Below, one piece after another: positions 47,304-57,780 of a stretch of 64,000 bases of DNA; within the stretch, counting starts at the first letter, position 1; every line of letters begins with the position of its first letter. The stretch is taken from the NCBI GenBank assembly GCA_965223325.1, contig CBDCWI010000002.1, forward strand, positions 608,001 to 672,000, written 5' to 3'. The notes under the pieces are model-generated. The model saw only the letters and a program-made list of their open reading frames with translations. It ran no database searches and had not been told where the DNA came from. The DNA comes from Candidatus Multivoradales bacterium (lineage in GTDB: Bacteria; Acidobacteriota; Thermoanaerobaculia; Multivoradales; Multivoraceae). The translations under genes were made by a program, and so were the position numbers.

Positions 47304-47939
47304 ATGGACCTTCTCCCGACCATGACCGACGGGCTGGCGCGCACTCTTTTCGCCGCAGTGTGGATCCCCTTCGTCGCCGTGCGGGTTCACTTCCACCGCC
47401 TCGCCGGCGCCCACAAACAGCGCGGCCCCAGCGCCTGGGAAGGGCGTGGAATGCACTTCGTGCGCGTCTTCATCGCACTCCCCTGGACCGTCACCCTGCT
47501 GGCCTGGCTCCTCCACCCGCCGGTCCTCCGCTTCGCCTCCTTTCCGGTGTCCACGGGCTGGCGATGGTTGGGGCTCCTTCTTCTCGCCGCCGGGGCGCTC
47601 TGGGTTGCATGGGTCAACAGCACCCTCGGCCGGAACTTCTCCGGCTCGCTGATCCTGCAAGACGACCACCAGCTGGTAACCGGCGGTCCCTACCGCTTCA
47701 TGCGCCACCCGATGTACCCGGGTTTTCTGGTGATGAGCGTCGGGATGCTGCTGCTCACCGCGAATCTCTGGCTGGGGCTTCCGGTCCTACTCGCCGTGGC
47801 GTGGGTGATGTGGAAGCGCACGCCGCGCGAAGAGGCGATGCTGCTCGATCGTTTCGGAGACGAGTACGTGGACTACTGCGCTCGTACTGGAAGGTTCCTG
47901 CCCCGGCTCGGTGGTCGCCAGGCCAACGAGCCAAACTGA
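47304..47939 (+). CDS. Isoprenylcysteine carboxyl methyltransferase (ICMT/PEMT) family membrane protein
   Basis: LGRNFS, HQLVTGGPYRFMRHPMY, EEAML..FGDEY..Y...TGRFLP. Confidence 0.9.
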   Translation: MDLLPTMTDGLARTLFAAVWIPFVAVRVHFHRLAGAHKQRGPSAWEGRGMHFVRVFIALPWTVTLLAWLLHPPVLRFASFPVSTGWRWLGLLLLAAGALWVAWVNSTLGRNFSGSLILQDDHQLVTGGPYRFMRHPMYPGFLVMSVGMLLLTANLWLGLPVLLAVAWVMWKRTPREEAMLLDRFGDEYVDYCARTGRFLPRLGGRQANEPN

Positions 47940-47964
47940 GGCCGGCGCCAAGCAGCAGCGGGAC

Positions 47965-49008
47965 TCACGCATGGCGGTGCACCAGGTCGACACACTGCTC
48001 GAGGGCAGCGGTGCGTTCGTTCCAGGTTTCACCGGCCGGGTGTAGCCGTAGGGTGTCAACACCCGCGTCGCGGTACTCCGCGAGGCGCTCGAGAATCATC
48101 TCTTCGGTGCCCAAGAGGTTGGTTTCGAGCACCATCTCATCGGGCACCCGCGCGACCGCCTCCTCTTTCTTGCCGGCAACCCACAGGCGCTGGACTTCTT
48201 CGGCCGGCTCGACGTAGCCGGCGCGCCGGAACGCATCGTTGTAGAAGTTGGTCCTGGCCGAACCCATGCCACCAAGGGTAAACGCTAAGGCTGGGCGGCG
48301 CGCATCGATCATGCGCTCGACATCATCGCCAACTTCGATACTCACCCCGATCTGCACGTCGATCTCTGCGAGCGAACGTCCACGGCTCTGGGCACCGCGT
48401 CGCATCGGGTCGAGAAAGATCTCCGCGTGGCGCGGCACGAACGACGTCCCCAGCCAACCATCGGCCACCTCGCCGGTGAACTCGAGTGACTTCGGCCCCA
48501 GGGTCGCCAGGTAGAGCGGCAACTCGGGACGTGCGGGCTGCGACAGACGAATCGGCTTGCCTTCACCACCCGGTCGCGGGAACTCGTAGTGCTGGCCGCT
48601 GAACTGGATGCGCTCACCCCGGAGCCCCATCTGAATGACTTCGACACACTCGCGCAGGCGACCGAGAGGGCGCGCGAACGATGCACCGTGCAGGCCTTCG
48701 ACGACCTGTGGCCCGCTGACTCCGAGACCGAGACGAAAGCGACCGCTCGAAACCGTCGACAGGCTCTGCGCGGTCATCGCGATCATCGACGGAACACGCG
48801 AACTGATCTGCATGATCCCGGTCCCCAGGCCAATGCGCTCGGTGCGCGCCGCTAAGAAGGCGAGCGGAACGACCGCATCCATTCCCCAGGCCTCGGCCGA
48901 CCACACCGAATCAACGCCCATGCGTTCGGCTTCGATCACATAGGACACTGCCTCCGGCCAGTCCTCGCCGTTGTAGTAGGCGCTGCCAATTGAAACCGAT
49001 GTCTTCAT
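47965..49008 (-). CDS. LLM-class (probably F420-dependent) oxidoreductase
   Basis: WSAEAWGMDA, LGTGIMQ, LGLGVSGPQVVEGLHG, GEVADGW, GGMGSARTNFY. RBS GAGGAG. Confidence 0.88.
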   Translation of the reverse strand: MKTSVSIGSAYYNGEDWPEAVSYVIEAERMGVDSVWSAEAWGMDAVVPLAFLAARTERIGLGTGIMQISSRVPSMIAMTAQSLSTVSSGRFRLGLGVSGPQVVEGLHGASFARPLGRLRECVEVIQMGLRGERIQFSGQHYEFPRPGGEGKPIRLSQPARPELPLYLATLGPKSLEFTGEVADGWLGTSFVPRHAEIFLDPMRRGAQSRGRSLAEIDVQIGVSIEVGDDVERMIDARRPALAFTLGGMGSARTNFYNDAFRRAGYVEPAEEVQRLWVAGKKEEAVARVPDEMVLETNLLGTEEMILERLAEYRDAGVDTLRLHPAGETWNERTAALEQCVDLVHRHA

Positions 49009-49134
49009 CCTCTCTCCTCGCGCAAGTTCTGGAAGCACTCCTTCTCGCCGTTCAGCGAGGCGTCACTTTACAGCGCACGGCGCTCCGACCCCGTGCTAGC
49101 TTTGCCCCACGAGTCCCCAAGCAAGGAGCCAACG

Positions 49135-50253
49135 ATGACCACCCGCCGCCTCTTTCGGACCGCCTTCCTCGCCCTCGCCGGCACCGCACTCTTCGCCGCC
49201 CCGCCGCTGGCCGCCAACGACGTTGAACTGGGTACGGGCACACAAACCGGCGCAGTACCCTTGCGCTCGATTGGTCCGATGACCTTTGGCGACGACGGAG
49301 TGCTCTTCGTCGGCGATTCAACCGGTGCCGCAGTCTTCGCAATCGACACCGGTGACCAACGAGAAGGCCCAGCCAAACCACTCGCGGTCGAGAACCTCGA
49401 GCGCAAGCTCGCCAGCTTCCTGGGCACGACCCCCGATGGAATCGAAATCCACGACCTGGCAGTCAACCCGCTCTCGAAGACGGTGTACCTGTCGATCACC
49501 CGTGGGCAAGGTGACGTGGCGCAGCACGTCATCGCGTCGGTCAATACCGAGGGTGATCTCGGCCTCCTCGACCTGACCGACGTCCGCTATGCACGCGCCG
49601 ACCTCTCAGATGCCCCGGCAGAAGACGCTAGAGATCGCCGCGGCCGGCCCATGCGTCGTGAAGCGCTGACCGATCTCGAGTACCAGGACGGTGCCCTCCT
49701 GGTCACCGGCCTGTCGAACGAAGAGTTCTCCTCCAAACTCCGCAAGTTCACCTTCCCGTGGACCGGCGTCGCGGGAGGCACCAGCGTCGAGATCTTCCAC
49801 GGCGCACACGGCAAGTGGGAGACCCACGCACCGGTGCGCACCATGACCTTCTACGACGTTGCCGGCGACCCCAATGTCCTGGCGGCCTACACCTGCACTC
49901 CGTTGGTGCGCTTTCCGCTTTCCGACCTCGCCAAGAGCAGCAAGGTCACCGGCTCGACGATCGCCGAGCTCGGCAACCGCAACCGGCCGCTCGACATGTT
50001 CGTCTACCAGGACGACGGCCGCGACTTTCTGTTGATGGCCAACTCGAGCCGTGGAGTGATGAAGGTCGATCTCGCCCGCATCGGTGAGGTTCCCGAGATC
50101 ACCGAGCCGGTGGCAGACAAGGCCGGCCTCCCCTACGAGACCATCGAGGAGCTCGAAGGCGTCGTCCAGCTAGCGCGCTACGGCAAGGAGAACGCCGTCG
50201 TCCTGTCAGCGAGTGACGACGGCTCCGCCCTCCGTAGCATCGCGCTGCCCTGA
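49135..50253 (+). CDS. Exported hypothetical protein (beta-propeller-like)
   Basis: RBS AAGGAG, possible Tat signal TRRLF, beta-rich. Motifs GLSNEEFSS, EIFHGAHGKWETHAP, AAYTCTPLV. Confidence 0.8.
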   Translation: MTTRRLFRTAFLALAGTALFAAPPLAANDVELGTGTQTGAVPLRSIGPMTFGDDGVLFVGDSTGAAVFAIDTGDQREGPAKPLAVENLERKLASFLGTTPDGIEIHDLAVNPLSKTVYLSITRGQGDVAQHVIASVNTEGDLGLLDLTDVRYARADLSDAPAEDARDRRGRPMRREALTDLEYQDGALLVTGLSNEEFSSKLRKFTFPWTGVAGGTSVEIFHGAHGKWETHAPVRTMTFYDVAGDPNVLAAYTCTPLVRFPLSDLAKSSKVTGSTIAELGNRNRPLDMFVYQDDGRDFLLMANSSRGVMKVDLARIGEVPEITEPVADKAGLPYETIEELEGVVQLARYGKENAVVLSASDDGSALRSIALP

Positions 50254-50254
50254 C

Positions 50255-51391
50255 GTGATCCGCGACTGGATCGCGGCTGGCAGAGCCGCGGCCTTCCTTG
50301 TCGCTGCGGTCGTATCGCTGGCCGCGGTTGCCGCGACCGGTGAGTCACCCTCGATCGTGCTGGTCGAAGGTCGGCTCGAGGTAGAGGGCCTGGTTTCCAG
50401 CGCGCCTGATGCCCTACCGCCCTTCGACGTCTTCGTCGAGTCAGAAAACCAACCAGCGATCGCGGGCACCGTCACAAGAAGCGACTCCGGAAGCGTGGTC
50501 TTCGAACCGCGGTTTCCCTTCGTGCCCGGCGTTTCCTACCTTGCCGTCCTCGCCGCACCGGGGCGCGACACCGTCCGGCACCCGTTCTCCGTCCCAGACA
50601 CGAGAACACCTGGCCCACCTACGCGGGTCGAGGCGATCTATCCCTCGGGGCCCGAGGTGCCACCGAATCTCTTGCGCTTCTATTTGCACTTCAGTGCTCC
50701 GATGACCCGCGGGCGCGCCTACGACTTCATCCAGCTGCGCGACCATCGCGGCGAGCCGGTCGAAGACGCGTTCCTGGTTCTCGATGAAGAGCTCTGGGAC
50801 CCTTCTGGTCGCCGCTTCACGCTGCTCTTCGACCCCGGGCGCATCAAGTCGGGCCTCGTGCCCAGAATCGAGCTCGGCGCGGCCCTCAACCAGGGTCACC
50901 ACTTCGAGCTCATCATCGACGGGGCCTGGCCGGATGCCACCGGCAGGCCGCTCGTGGGCGCGTTCCGACACCGCTTCCGCGCCGGTGGGCTCGACGACGC
51001 GGGCACCGACCCACAACGCTGGCGTCTCACTCCGCCCAGTGCCGGCACCCGTGATGCGCTCCTGGTGCAGTTCGACGAGCCCCTCGACCGGGCGCTCGCC
51101 CTGCGGCTGATCGACGTGGTCCGGAGCGGCCAGTACATCGACGGCTCGAAGAGCGTCGGCGAACAGGAAACGCAGTGGCAGTTCACACCGACCGAGCCCT
51201 GGTCGGCCAACCGCCATGAGCTGATCGTCGATGTTCGGCTCGAAGACCGCGCCGGCAACCGCATCGACCGCCCGTTCGAGCGACTCGTCACCAGCGAGTC
51301 GCCTGACCCAGCCGGGCCAGGTAGCGAGCGGACGGATCAGGTCGACGGAAGCGCTGGCCCCATCGCAGTACCTTTTACTCCCGGAGGGTGA
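50255..51391 (+). CDS. Exported hypothetical protein with Ig-like repeats
   Basis: Starts 1 nt after the upstream stop. Signal peptide, NLLRFYLHFSAPM, LFDPGRIKSGL, LEDRAGN. Confidence 0.75.
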   Translation: MIRDWIAAGRAAAFLVAAVVSLAAVAATGESPSIVLVEGRLEVEGLVSSAPDALPPFDVFVESENQPAIAGTVTRSDSGSVVFEPRFPFVPGVSYLAVLAAPGRDTVRHPFSVPDTRTPGPPTRVEAIYPSGPEVPPNLLRFYLHFSAPMTRGRAYDFIQLRDHRGEPVEDAFLVLDEELWDPSGRRFTLLFDPGRIKSGLVPRIELGAALNQGHHFELIIDGAWPDATGRPLVGAFRHRFRAGGLDDAGTDPQRWRLTPPSAGTRDALLVQFDEPLDRALALRLIDVVRSGQYIDGSKSVGEQETQWQFTPTEPWSANRHELIVDVRLEDRAGNRIDRPFERLVTSESPDPAGPGSERTDQVDGSAGPIAVPFTPGG

Positions 51392-51449
51392 GGGCGCAGG
51401 TGGCCGCTGACAGAGAGGCTCACCGCGAAGAAAGCACCGGCTCGCCCGC

Positions 51450-51914
51450 CTACCAGTCGAGCCTGACCTCCAGCGACTTCGCCTGTTCGAGGCCGTAGAT
51501 CAACGTCGACTGGGTCATTGTCGTGATGTCGTGGCGCTCCTCGTCGTCGAGCTCTTCCTCGTCGTCGTAGCCGTCGATGACGTTGCCTCTCGCGTCTTTC
51601 CAGACCACGTAGGTGTTCATGTCGATATCGCGAGTCGAGTCGTTGGTGTACTCGACCTCGATCACCACGGTCTTGGTGAAGTCAGGGTTGTGCGGCCGAA
51701 TGATGCGCGACTTGACGTTCCTGGCGGTCTCGACAACCCGCACTCGATGGATGGTGACCGGACCATCGGTCACTTCGAGCTCGTACCACTTGCCGAGTTC
51801 GAAATCGAAGGTGCGGTCGATCTTGTCGGCCGCAGCTGGTATCGCCGTAGCCAGAAGAAGGGTCAGCGCCGCAATCAGAGGGAGCATGCGCGACAGAGCT
51901 ATTCGGGACTTCAT
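51450..51914 (-). CDS. Exported hypothetical protein
   Basis: RBS GGAAGGAA, signal peptide ending PAAA, beta-rich acidic domain. Confidence 0.7.
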   Translation of the reverse strand: MKSRIALSRMLPLIAALTLLLATAIPAAADKIDRTFDFELGKWYELEVTDGPVTIHRVRVVETARNVKSRIIRPHNPDFTKTVVIEVEYTNDSTRDIDMNTYVVWKDARGNVIDGYDDEEELDDEERHDITTMTQSTLIYGLEQAKSLEVRLDW

Positions 51915-52010
51915 GAACGTTCCTTCCAGTCGAGTTTCAGGATTCGGTAGCCGACCGAGATTCTACAAAGGAACGCAACCAGGCGTTCTGCGCCTCCAGG
52001 CTCCGAACCG

Positions 52011-53174
52011 TCACGCCACCCGGTCACGACCGACGAGCTCGCCGATCGATACCAGCCCCTCGGTGGCCAGCCGCGCCACCAGGCCACGTTCGAGACGCGC
52101 GATGAGACCAGGCCCCTGGAAGACAAGCGCCGAGTACACCTGAACCAGTCGAGCGCCCGCAGCCAGTCGCTCCCAGACATCCGAAACGCTCGCGATTCCA
52201 CCAACCGAGATCACCGTGCCCTCGCCCGCCAACTCGCTCGTTACGACCTCGAGAAGCCGTCGCGACCGCTCCCGCAAAAGACGACCGCTGATTCCGCCCG
52301 CTCCCAGACCTGCAGCATGCCGCGCGAGCAACTCCGGTTCGTTGGTGGTATTGGAGGCCACGATCCCGGCCGCCCCCGATGAAAGCGCCGCCCGCACCAA
52401 CTGACCGGCAACGGCCGCCTCGAGATCCGGCGCGAGTTTGACCAGAACCGGCCTCGCAGTGCGCTCACGAACGGCGGCCAGTGTCTCCGAAAGGAAGACC
52501 TCACTCTGCAGATCGCGCAGTCCCGGTGTGTTGGGAGAGCTCACGTTGAGTACGACGTAGCTTCCGAAGTCACCGAGCAGGGCGGCGAGCTCGGCATAGT
52601 CATGGATGGCGCGGTCGTCGGGGGTGTCCTTGTTCTTTCCGAGGTTGATGCCGAGCGGAACCGGTGACGCGCCCAGGCGTTCGAGCTCGCGGTGAAAGGC
52701 CTGGCCACCGCGGTTGTTGAAGCCGAGGCGATTGAGCAGGCTTTCGTCTTCGACCAGGCGAAACATGCGCGGCCGAGGGTTCCCGCGCTGCGGCCGAGGC
52801 GTCACGGTCCCCAACTCGAGGAAGCCGAAGCCCAGGGCAGCCATTCCCCGAACCACTCGCGCGTCTTTGTCGAAGCCTGCCGCCAGCCCGATCGGCGACG
52901 GAAAGACCGTGCCGCCATCAGGCCCTTCGACGAACAGCTCCTGGGCGAGACAGTGATCACGCACGCGAGCGAGCGCTGCCAGAACATGTGTCACCCCGGT
53001 CGCCTGGGCAACGCGCAGGCTCGCCATGGCCAGGCCATGTGCACGCTCCGCGTCGAGGGCAAAGAGAACGGGACGTATCGCGCGATAGAGCGCGCTCGGC
53101 TTCGAGTCGGGCGGGTTACCAGGCGATGCCGTAGTCCTCACCAAAGTTCGACGCCCCACCTCGGAAGGTGCCAT
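52011..53174 (-). CDS. pyrD: Quinone-dependent dihydroorotate dehydrogenase (start uncertain)
   Basis: GLAAGFDK, GTVTPRPQRGNPRPRMFRL, NRLGFNN, NLGKNK, NVSSPNTPGLR, VKLAPD, SNTT, GGISG. Confidence 0.95.
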   Translation of the reverse strand: MAPSEVGRRTLVRTTASPGNPPDSKPSALYRAIRPVLFALDAERAHGLAMASLRVAQATGVTHVLAALARVRDHCLAQELFVEGPDGGTVFPSPIGLAAGFDKDARVVRGMAALGFGFLELGTVTPRPQRGNPRPRMFRLVEDESLLNRLGFNNRGGQAFHRELERLGASPVPLGINLGKNKDTPDDRAIHDYAELAALLGDFGSYVVLNVSSPNTPGLRDLQSEVFLSETLAAVRERTARPVLVKLAPDLEAAVAGQLVRAALSSGAAGIVASNTTNEPELLARHAAGLGAGGISGRLLRERSRRLLEVVTSELAGEGTVISVGGIASVSDVWERLAAGARLVQVYSALVFQGPGLIARLERGLVARLATEGLVSIGELVGRDRVA

Positions 53175-55089
53175 GTTCGCGGTCGAACAGAATCGCAGTG
53201 ATAGGTCCCGAGGTGCGCGCACTGGTCTGGACCCGGTAGCCCATGCGGCGCAGCTCGGCGATGACCCAGGGCGACGTATCGGAGCGCACAGTCAAACGGC
53301 CCGGCTGGCGGCCGTGCTCCCCGAAGCTCGACATCATCTGGTAGCTCGTGATGTTGGCGGCCTCTGCTGCCTGCTGTACGTCCATGCCGAACTCGACCAC
53401 GTTCAAGAAGAACTGCAACAGGTTCTGATCCTGCGTATCGCCACCCTGAACGGCAAACGAAAGGTACGGCTCGCCTTCCTTGAGCGCCATGCCGGGGGTC
53501 AACGTCGCCCGCGGTCTCTTGCCCGGTTCGACGACGTTGTAGGGGTTGATGCGCGGGTCGACGACGAAGCTCTGCATGCGCTGCGACAGGCCGATCCCCG
53601 TGTCACCGGCGATATAGGCCGGAATCCAACCACCCGAAGGGGTCACCGAGACCACCCACCCCTCCTTGTCGGCGGCCTGGATCGACGTCGTGCCGGCGGT
53701 GAAGCCGCGGTCGAAGTCGTTTTGGTCGGCCAATGCCTCTGGAACACCCAGGTCGGAGACCTCGTACTCGGCACCGCGCTCGCCACCCGCAGCCGGTGGC
53801 CATTCTTCGAGTAGATCGAGGAACGGGTTTTCCCCTCTCTGAAAACCGTAGGGGTCTCCTGGCTTGACCCCAGGATCGTTCTTCTCCCAATCGATCGCCT
53901 CGGCGCGCGCCCGGGCGTAGTCTTTCGACAACAAACCCTCGAGCGGTTCGGCCGGCGGAAAGTAGGGATCGCCGTAGTAGAAGTCTCGGTCGGCGAAGGC
54001 GTGGTTCATGACCTGGTAGAGGGCGTGCATGTAGCGTGCGCTGTTGTAGCCCATCGCTTGGACGTCTAAGTCTTCGAGCATGTTGAGCGCCTGCAACATG
54101 ACCGGACCCTGCACCCAGCTGGTGAGCTTGTAGACGTCGATACCCTTGTACGACGTCTTGACCGGCTCTTCGACGTAGACCTGCCACTGGTCCAGGTCTT
54201 CGCGGGTGAACAGACCGCCGGCGTCGCGCGTCGCCTCGACGATCGCCGCGGCAATGTCGCCGCGATAGAAGCGGTCGTAGGCCGCCTGGATCGCCTCTTC
54301 GCGGGTCCTGCCGGCAGCGAGTGCCTGGGCTTCCGCTTCAACCAGCTTGCGCAAGGTCTGGGCCAGCTCAGGCTGCCGAAAAACCTCGCCGGCCGCCGGT
54401 GCGGCCCGCTTCGAGGCATCGTCTGGGTCGTAGTGCGGCAGAAAGACCCGGGTTGACGACTCCCAGCGCAAGAGAATGTCGCGTCGTCGCTCCATATTGT
54501 CGGCCTGCGACTGCTCGATTGCGTAGCCGTCGGCGAGCGCGATCGACGGCGCCAGCACCTCGGCCAGCGACATGGTGCCGTAGTCGGCGAGCATCTTCAT
54601 CAGGCCGCCGGGTGTTCCCGGAGTGACCGCGGCCAGAGGACCGTACTCGGGCGGATAGGGCATTTTCTTCTCGGCGAAGAAACCGGCCGTCGCGCCGGTG
54701 GGTGCAACACCCAGCGCGTTGATGCCCACCACCCTGCCGGTGTTCGGGTTGTAGATGAGCGCCTGGGTTTCCCCGCCCCATCCCAGGGTGTCCCACATCG
54801 TGCAGGTGGCCGCGAGCATTGCGGCCGTCGCATCGACGGCGTTGCCGCCCTGCTGAAAGATCTGGGCGCCGGCCGTGGCCGCCAGGGGCTTGCCAGTAAT
54901 CGCCACCCATTCCTTGCCGTAGAGGGCCGGCTTCTGGGTGCGCTGGGCAACAGCGGGCAGGGCCACCAGCACCAGAAAGGTGAGCCCGGCCAGCGCAGCG
55001 GCCGCCGCCCGGCGGTGGTGACCATACGCCACGGCGATCTTCCGCATACCGGTGACTCGGGGCCGATTCTTCGTGCGCTCACACTGCAT
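53116..55089 (-). CDS. ggt: Gamma-glutamyltransferase family (Ntn hydrolase), exported
   Basis: GGNAVDA, nucleophile GTTSIQAADKEG, PGKRPRATLTP, QGGDTQDQ. RBS AGGAG before ATG 55089. Confidence 0.9.
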   Translation of the reverse strand: MQCERTKNRPRVTGMRKIAVAYGHHRRAAAAALAGLTFLVLVALPAVAQRTQKPALYGKEWVAITGKPLAATAGAQIFQQGGNAVDATAAMLAATCTMWDTLGWGGETQALIYNPNTGRVVGINALGVAPTGATAGFFAEKKMPYPPEYGPLAAVTPGTPGGLMKMLADYGTMSLAEVLAPSIALADGYAIEQSQADNMERRRDILLRWESSTRVFLPHYDPDDASKRAAPAAGEVFRQPELAQTLRKLVEAEAQALAAGRTREEAIQAAYDRFYRGDIAAAIVEATRDAGGLFTREDLDQWQVYVEEPVKTSYKGIDVYKLTSWVQGPVMLQALNMLEDLDVQAMGYNSARYMHALYQVMNHAFADRDFYYGDPYFPPAEPLEGLLSKDYARARAEAIDWEKNDPGVKPGDPYGFQRGENPFLDLLEEWPPAAGGERGAEYEVSDLGVPEALADQNDFDRGFTAGTTSIQAADKEGWVVSVTPSGGWIPAYIAGDTGIGLSQRMQSFVVDPRINPYNVVEPGKRPRATLTPGMALKEGEPYLSFAVQGGDTQDQNLLQFFLNVVEFGMDVQQAAEAANITSYQMMSSFGEHGRQPGRLTVRSDTSPWVIAELRRMGYRVQTSARTSGPITAILFDREHGTFRGGASNFGEDYGIAW

Positions 55090-55377
55090 CCTGGTCTCCT
55101 CTACGGACAAACCCCTCTTTCGAGTCACCGTTGAACGGGCTCTGGGGAACGTCTCCATCATAGAGGAGGCCGCGCGGGTCTCCGGCCTCTCGGCTCTGCC
55201 CCGCGAAGATGCCCCTCGAGGAGACCGAGCACTAGAATCGCCGAAGCAAGAATGAAACACAGCCACCCCGCGTAGAGCAACCAGGATCGTAAGAACGGCC
55301 GCCCCAGCTTCGCCGGAGTCTCTCTCGGTCCCTTCTCGAAACCTCGCGTTTCTCTACCCTGGCCACGAAGGGAATCT

Positions 55378-55938
55378 ATGGACGGCTTCAGTCTCCTTAC
55401 TCTCTACCTCGGATGCGCCGCGCTAGGCGGTGGCGTCATGCTGCTCCAGACCGTGCTGACGCTGTTCGGCGGTGGAGTCGACGCCGACGGTGACTTCGAC
55501 GCCGATGTCGACTCGGTCGATGCCGACCATGGCACCGGTTTCAGCCTGCTTTCGGTGCGTTCGGTAGCCGGCTTTCTGCTGTTTTTCGGCCTGGTTGGCT
55601 GGGGCGGACACTCTGACGGCTGGGGGACGTTCCCTACCCTCCTGGCAGCAACCGCTGCCGGCGCCAGCGTCATGCTGTTGGTGGCCTGGGCGCTGGCGTT
55701 CTTCCGGCGCCTGACCGAATCTGGAACTCTCGATCTCGAGGACACCGTCGGTGCCACCGCCCGGGTCTACCTGCGGGTTCCTGGCAAGCATGCCGGGCGC
55801 GGCAAAGTCACCGTGGCGGTCGACGGCCAGAGCGTCGAGCTGCAGGCGGTAACCGCCGGCCCGGAGCTCGCCACCGGCAGTGCCTGCCGGGTCGTACGGC
55901 TGGTCGAAGGCGACACCGTCGAGGTCGAGCCCGCTTGA
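55378..55938 (+). CDS. NfeD-like membrane protein
   Basis: Three TM segments with an acidic loop, C-terminal OB-fold (VGATARVYLRVP..GKVTV). Upstream of flotillin. Confidence 0.85.
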   Translation: MDGFSLLTLYLGCAALGGGVMLLQTVLTLFGGGVDADGDFDADVDSVDADHGTGFSLLSVRSVAGFLLFFGLVGWGGHSDGWGTFPTLLAATAAGASVMLLVAWALAFFRRLTESGTLDLEDTVGATARVYLRVPGKHAGRGKVTVAVDGQSVELQAVTAGPELATGSACRVVRLVEGDTVEVEPA

Positions 55939-56048
55939 GTAGAACAGCCAAAGGCACGGCACTCCGTTCGTCGATCCAGGTTCGCGCCTCGAGGCGGTTC
56001 ACGTTCCACGGTGCTCGACGATGAGCACATCCTCCAAGGAGATCTGAC

Positions 56049-57713
56049 ATGGGCACACTGGCCTGGCCACTCACAATCCTCGCGCTGGTCCTCGTTGCCG
56101 GCAGCCTTCTCCTCGCCCTGGCGAAGCGCTACAAGCGGTGCCCCTCGAACCGCGTGCTGGTGATCTACGGCCGCACCGGTTCGGGGCGCGCCGCCCGCGC
56201 CTTGCATGGCGGCGGTGCCTTCGTCTGGCCCCTGATCCAGAACTACGACTACCTGTCACTCGACCCGATCAAAATCGACATTCCGCTCCAGGGAGCGTTG
56301 TCGCTCGAGAACATCCGGGTCGCCGTGCCCAGTGTGTTCACCGTCGCCATCGGCACCGACAACCAAACGATGAACAACGCCGCGGTGCGTTTGCTGGGCC
56401 TCAAGACCGGTGAAATCATGAAGCAGGCCGAAGACATCATCTTCGGTCAGCTCCGCCAGGTGATCGCCTCGATGCGCATTCAGGAGATCAACCGCGACCG
56501 CGACGTTTTTCTCGAGAAGGTCCAGACCTCGCTCGAGCCCGAGCTCAAGAAGATCGGCCTGATTCTGATCAACGTCAACATCAAGGACATCACCGACGAC
56601 TCGGGCTACATCGAAGCCATCGGCCGTAAGGCAGCATCCGAGGCCATTCAGCAGGCGCTCGTCGACGTGGCGCAGCAGGAGAAGCTCGGAGCCGTCGGAG
56701 TTGCCGAAGCCGAACGCGAGCAAGACATTCTGGTCGCCAACGCCGGCCGCGAGCGCGAGATTGGCACGACCACGGCCGAGCGCGACCGGGCAGTCAAGGT
56801 CGCCGACCTGAGCAAAGAGCAGCTCATCGGAGAGAAGCAGGCCGAGTTCGAAGCTGAGGCAGCGGTGCGCGAAGCCGACCGGCAAAAGCGCATTGCCGTC
56901 GCCGCTGCCGACGCCGCCGCAGTCCAGGGCGAGAACGAGTCGCGCGCCGTGATCGCCGCTTCGAACGCCGAGCTCAAGGTGCGCGAGGCGAACGCCTACC
57001 AGGAAGGTGAAAGTCGGCACCGCCAGGCGCAGGCCGCGGTCCTCGAAGCGCAGTACGTTGCCGAGGCCCAGGCGGCGATCGCCGAGGCCCACAAAGTCGA
57101 AGCCGAGAAGCGGGCCGAGCTCGAAGCGCTGTCGAAGGCGCAGAAGGCCCAGACCATCGTTCAGGCCGAAGCCGCTGCGGCCAAGAAGCGCATCGAAGCC
57201 GAAGGCGAAGCGGCCGCGATCTTCGCGCGCCTCGACGCGGAGGCGAAGGGAAACTACGAGATCCTCGCTCGCAAGGGTCAGGGCATGCGCGAGATCATCG
57301 AGGCCTGCGGCGGCGCACAAGAGGCATTCCAGATGCTGATGCTCGAACACCTCGACCAGCTGTCCGAAACCGCCGCCAGCGCGATCTCGAACATCAAGTT
57401 CGACAAGGTGGTGGTCTGGGACGGTGGGGCGGCCAACGGAGGTCCCGGTGGCACGGCCGGCTTCCTGAGGAGCCTGGCGGGTTCCCTACCCCCGCTCACC
57501 GAGATCATGAAAGACATCGGTGGTGTCGACATGCCGGACTTCTTCGCCCAGATGGCCAGCGATGCCTCGAACGGAGGCGCCGAGGGCGAGAACGCGGAGA
57601 GCGAGGACGGAAAAGACGTCGTGGCCGCAGCGATCGCGGCACAGGCGACCGAGAAGAAGATGCTCGCCGAGGCCGATCAGGCGGCCGAAGGAAGCGACAC
57701 GCCCGAAGCCTAG
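56049..57713 (+). CDS. Flotillin / SPFH domain protein
   Basis: N-terminal TM, RYKRCPSNRVLVIYG, GGGAFVWP, SPFH domain, AEA-rich coiled coil, NIKFDKVVVWD. Confidence 0.93.
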   Translation: MGTLAWPLTILALVLVAGSLLLALAKRYKRCPSNRVLVIYGRTGSGRAARALHGGGAFVWPLIQNYDYLSLDPIKIDIPLQGALSLENIRVAVPSVFTVAIGTDNQTMNNAAVRLLGLKTGEIMKQAEDIIFGQLRQVIASMRIQEINRDRDVFLEKVQTSLEPELKKIGLILINVNIKDITDDSGYIEAIGRKAASEAIQQALVDVAQQEKLGAVGVAEAEREQDILVANAGREREIGTTTAERDRAVKVADLSKEQLIGEKQAEFEAEAAVREADRQKRIAVAAADAAAVQGENESRAVIAASNAELKVREANAYQEGESRHRQAQAAVLEAQYVAEAQAAIAEAHKVEAEKRAELEALSKAQKAQTIVQAEAAAAKKRIEAEGEAAAIFARLDAEAKGNYEILARKGQGMREIIEACGGAQEAFQMLMLEHLDQLSETAASAISNIKFDKVVVWDGGAANGGPGGTAGFLRSLAGSLPPLTEIMKDIGGVDMPDFFAQMASDASNGGAEGENAESEDGKDVVAAAIAAQATEKKMLAEADQAAEGSDTPEA

Positions 57714-57780
57714 TGCTCCAGGCGCGATCCCTCTCACCAAGACGAGCAGCGGCTTCGAACGGTCTCGGGTGCGGTGTGCC

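Noticed and set aside
55253-55274. TGAAAC...CGTA, a SigW-like promoter upstream of nfeD-flotillin
   Set aside because: The spacer is 12 nt rather than about 16 nt.
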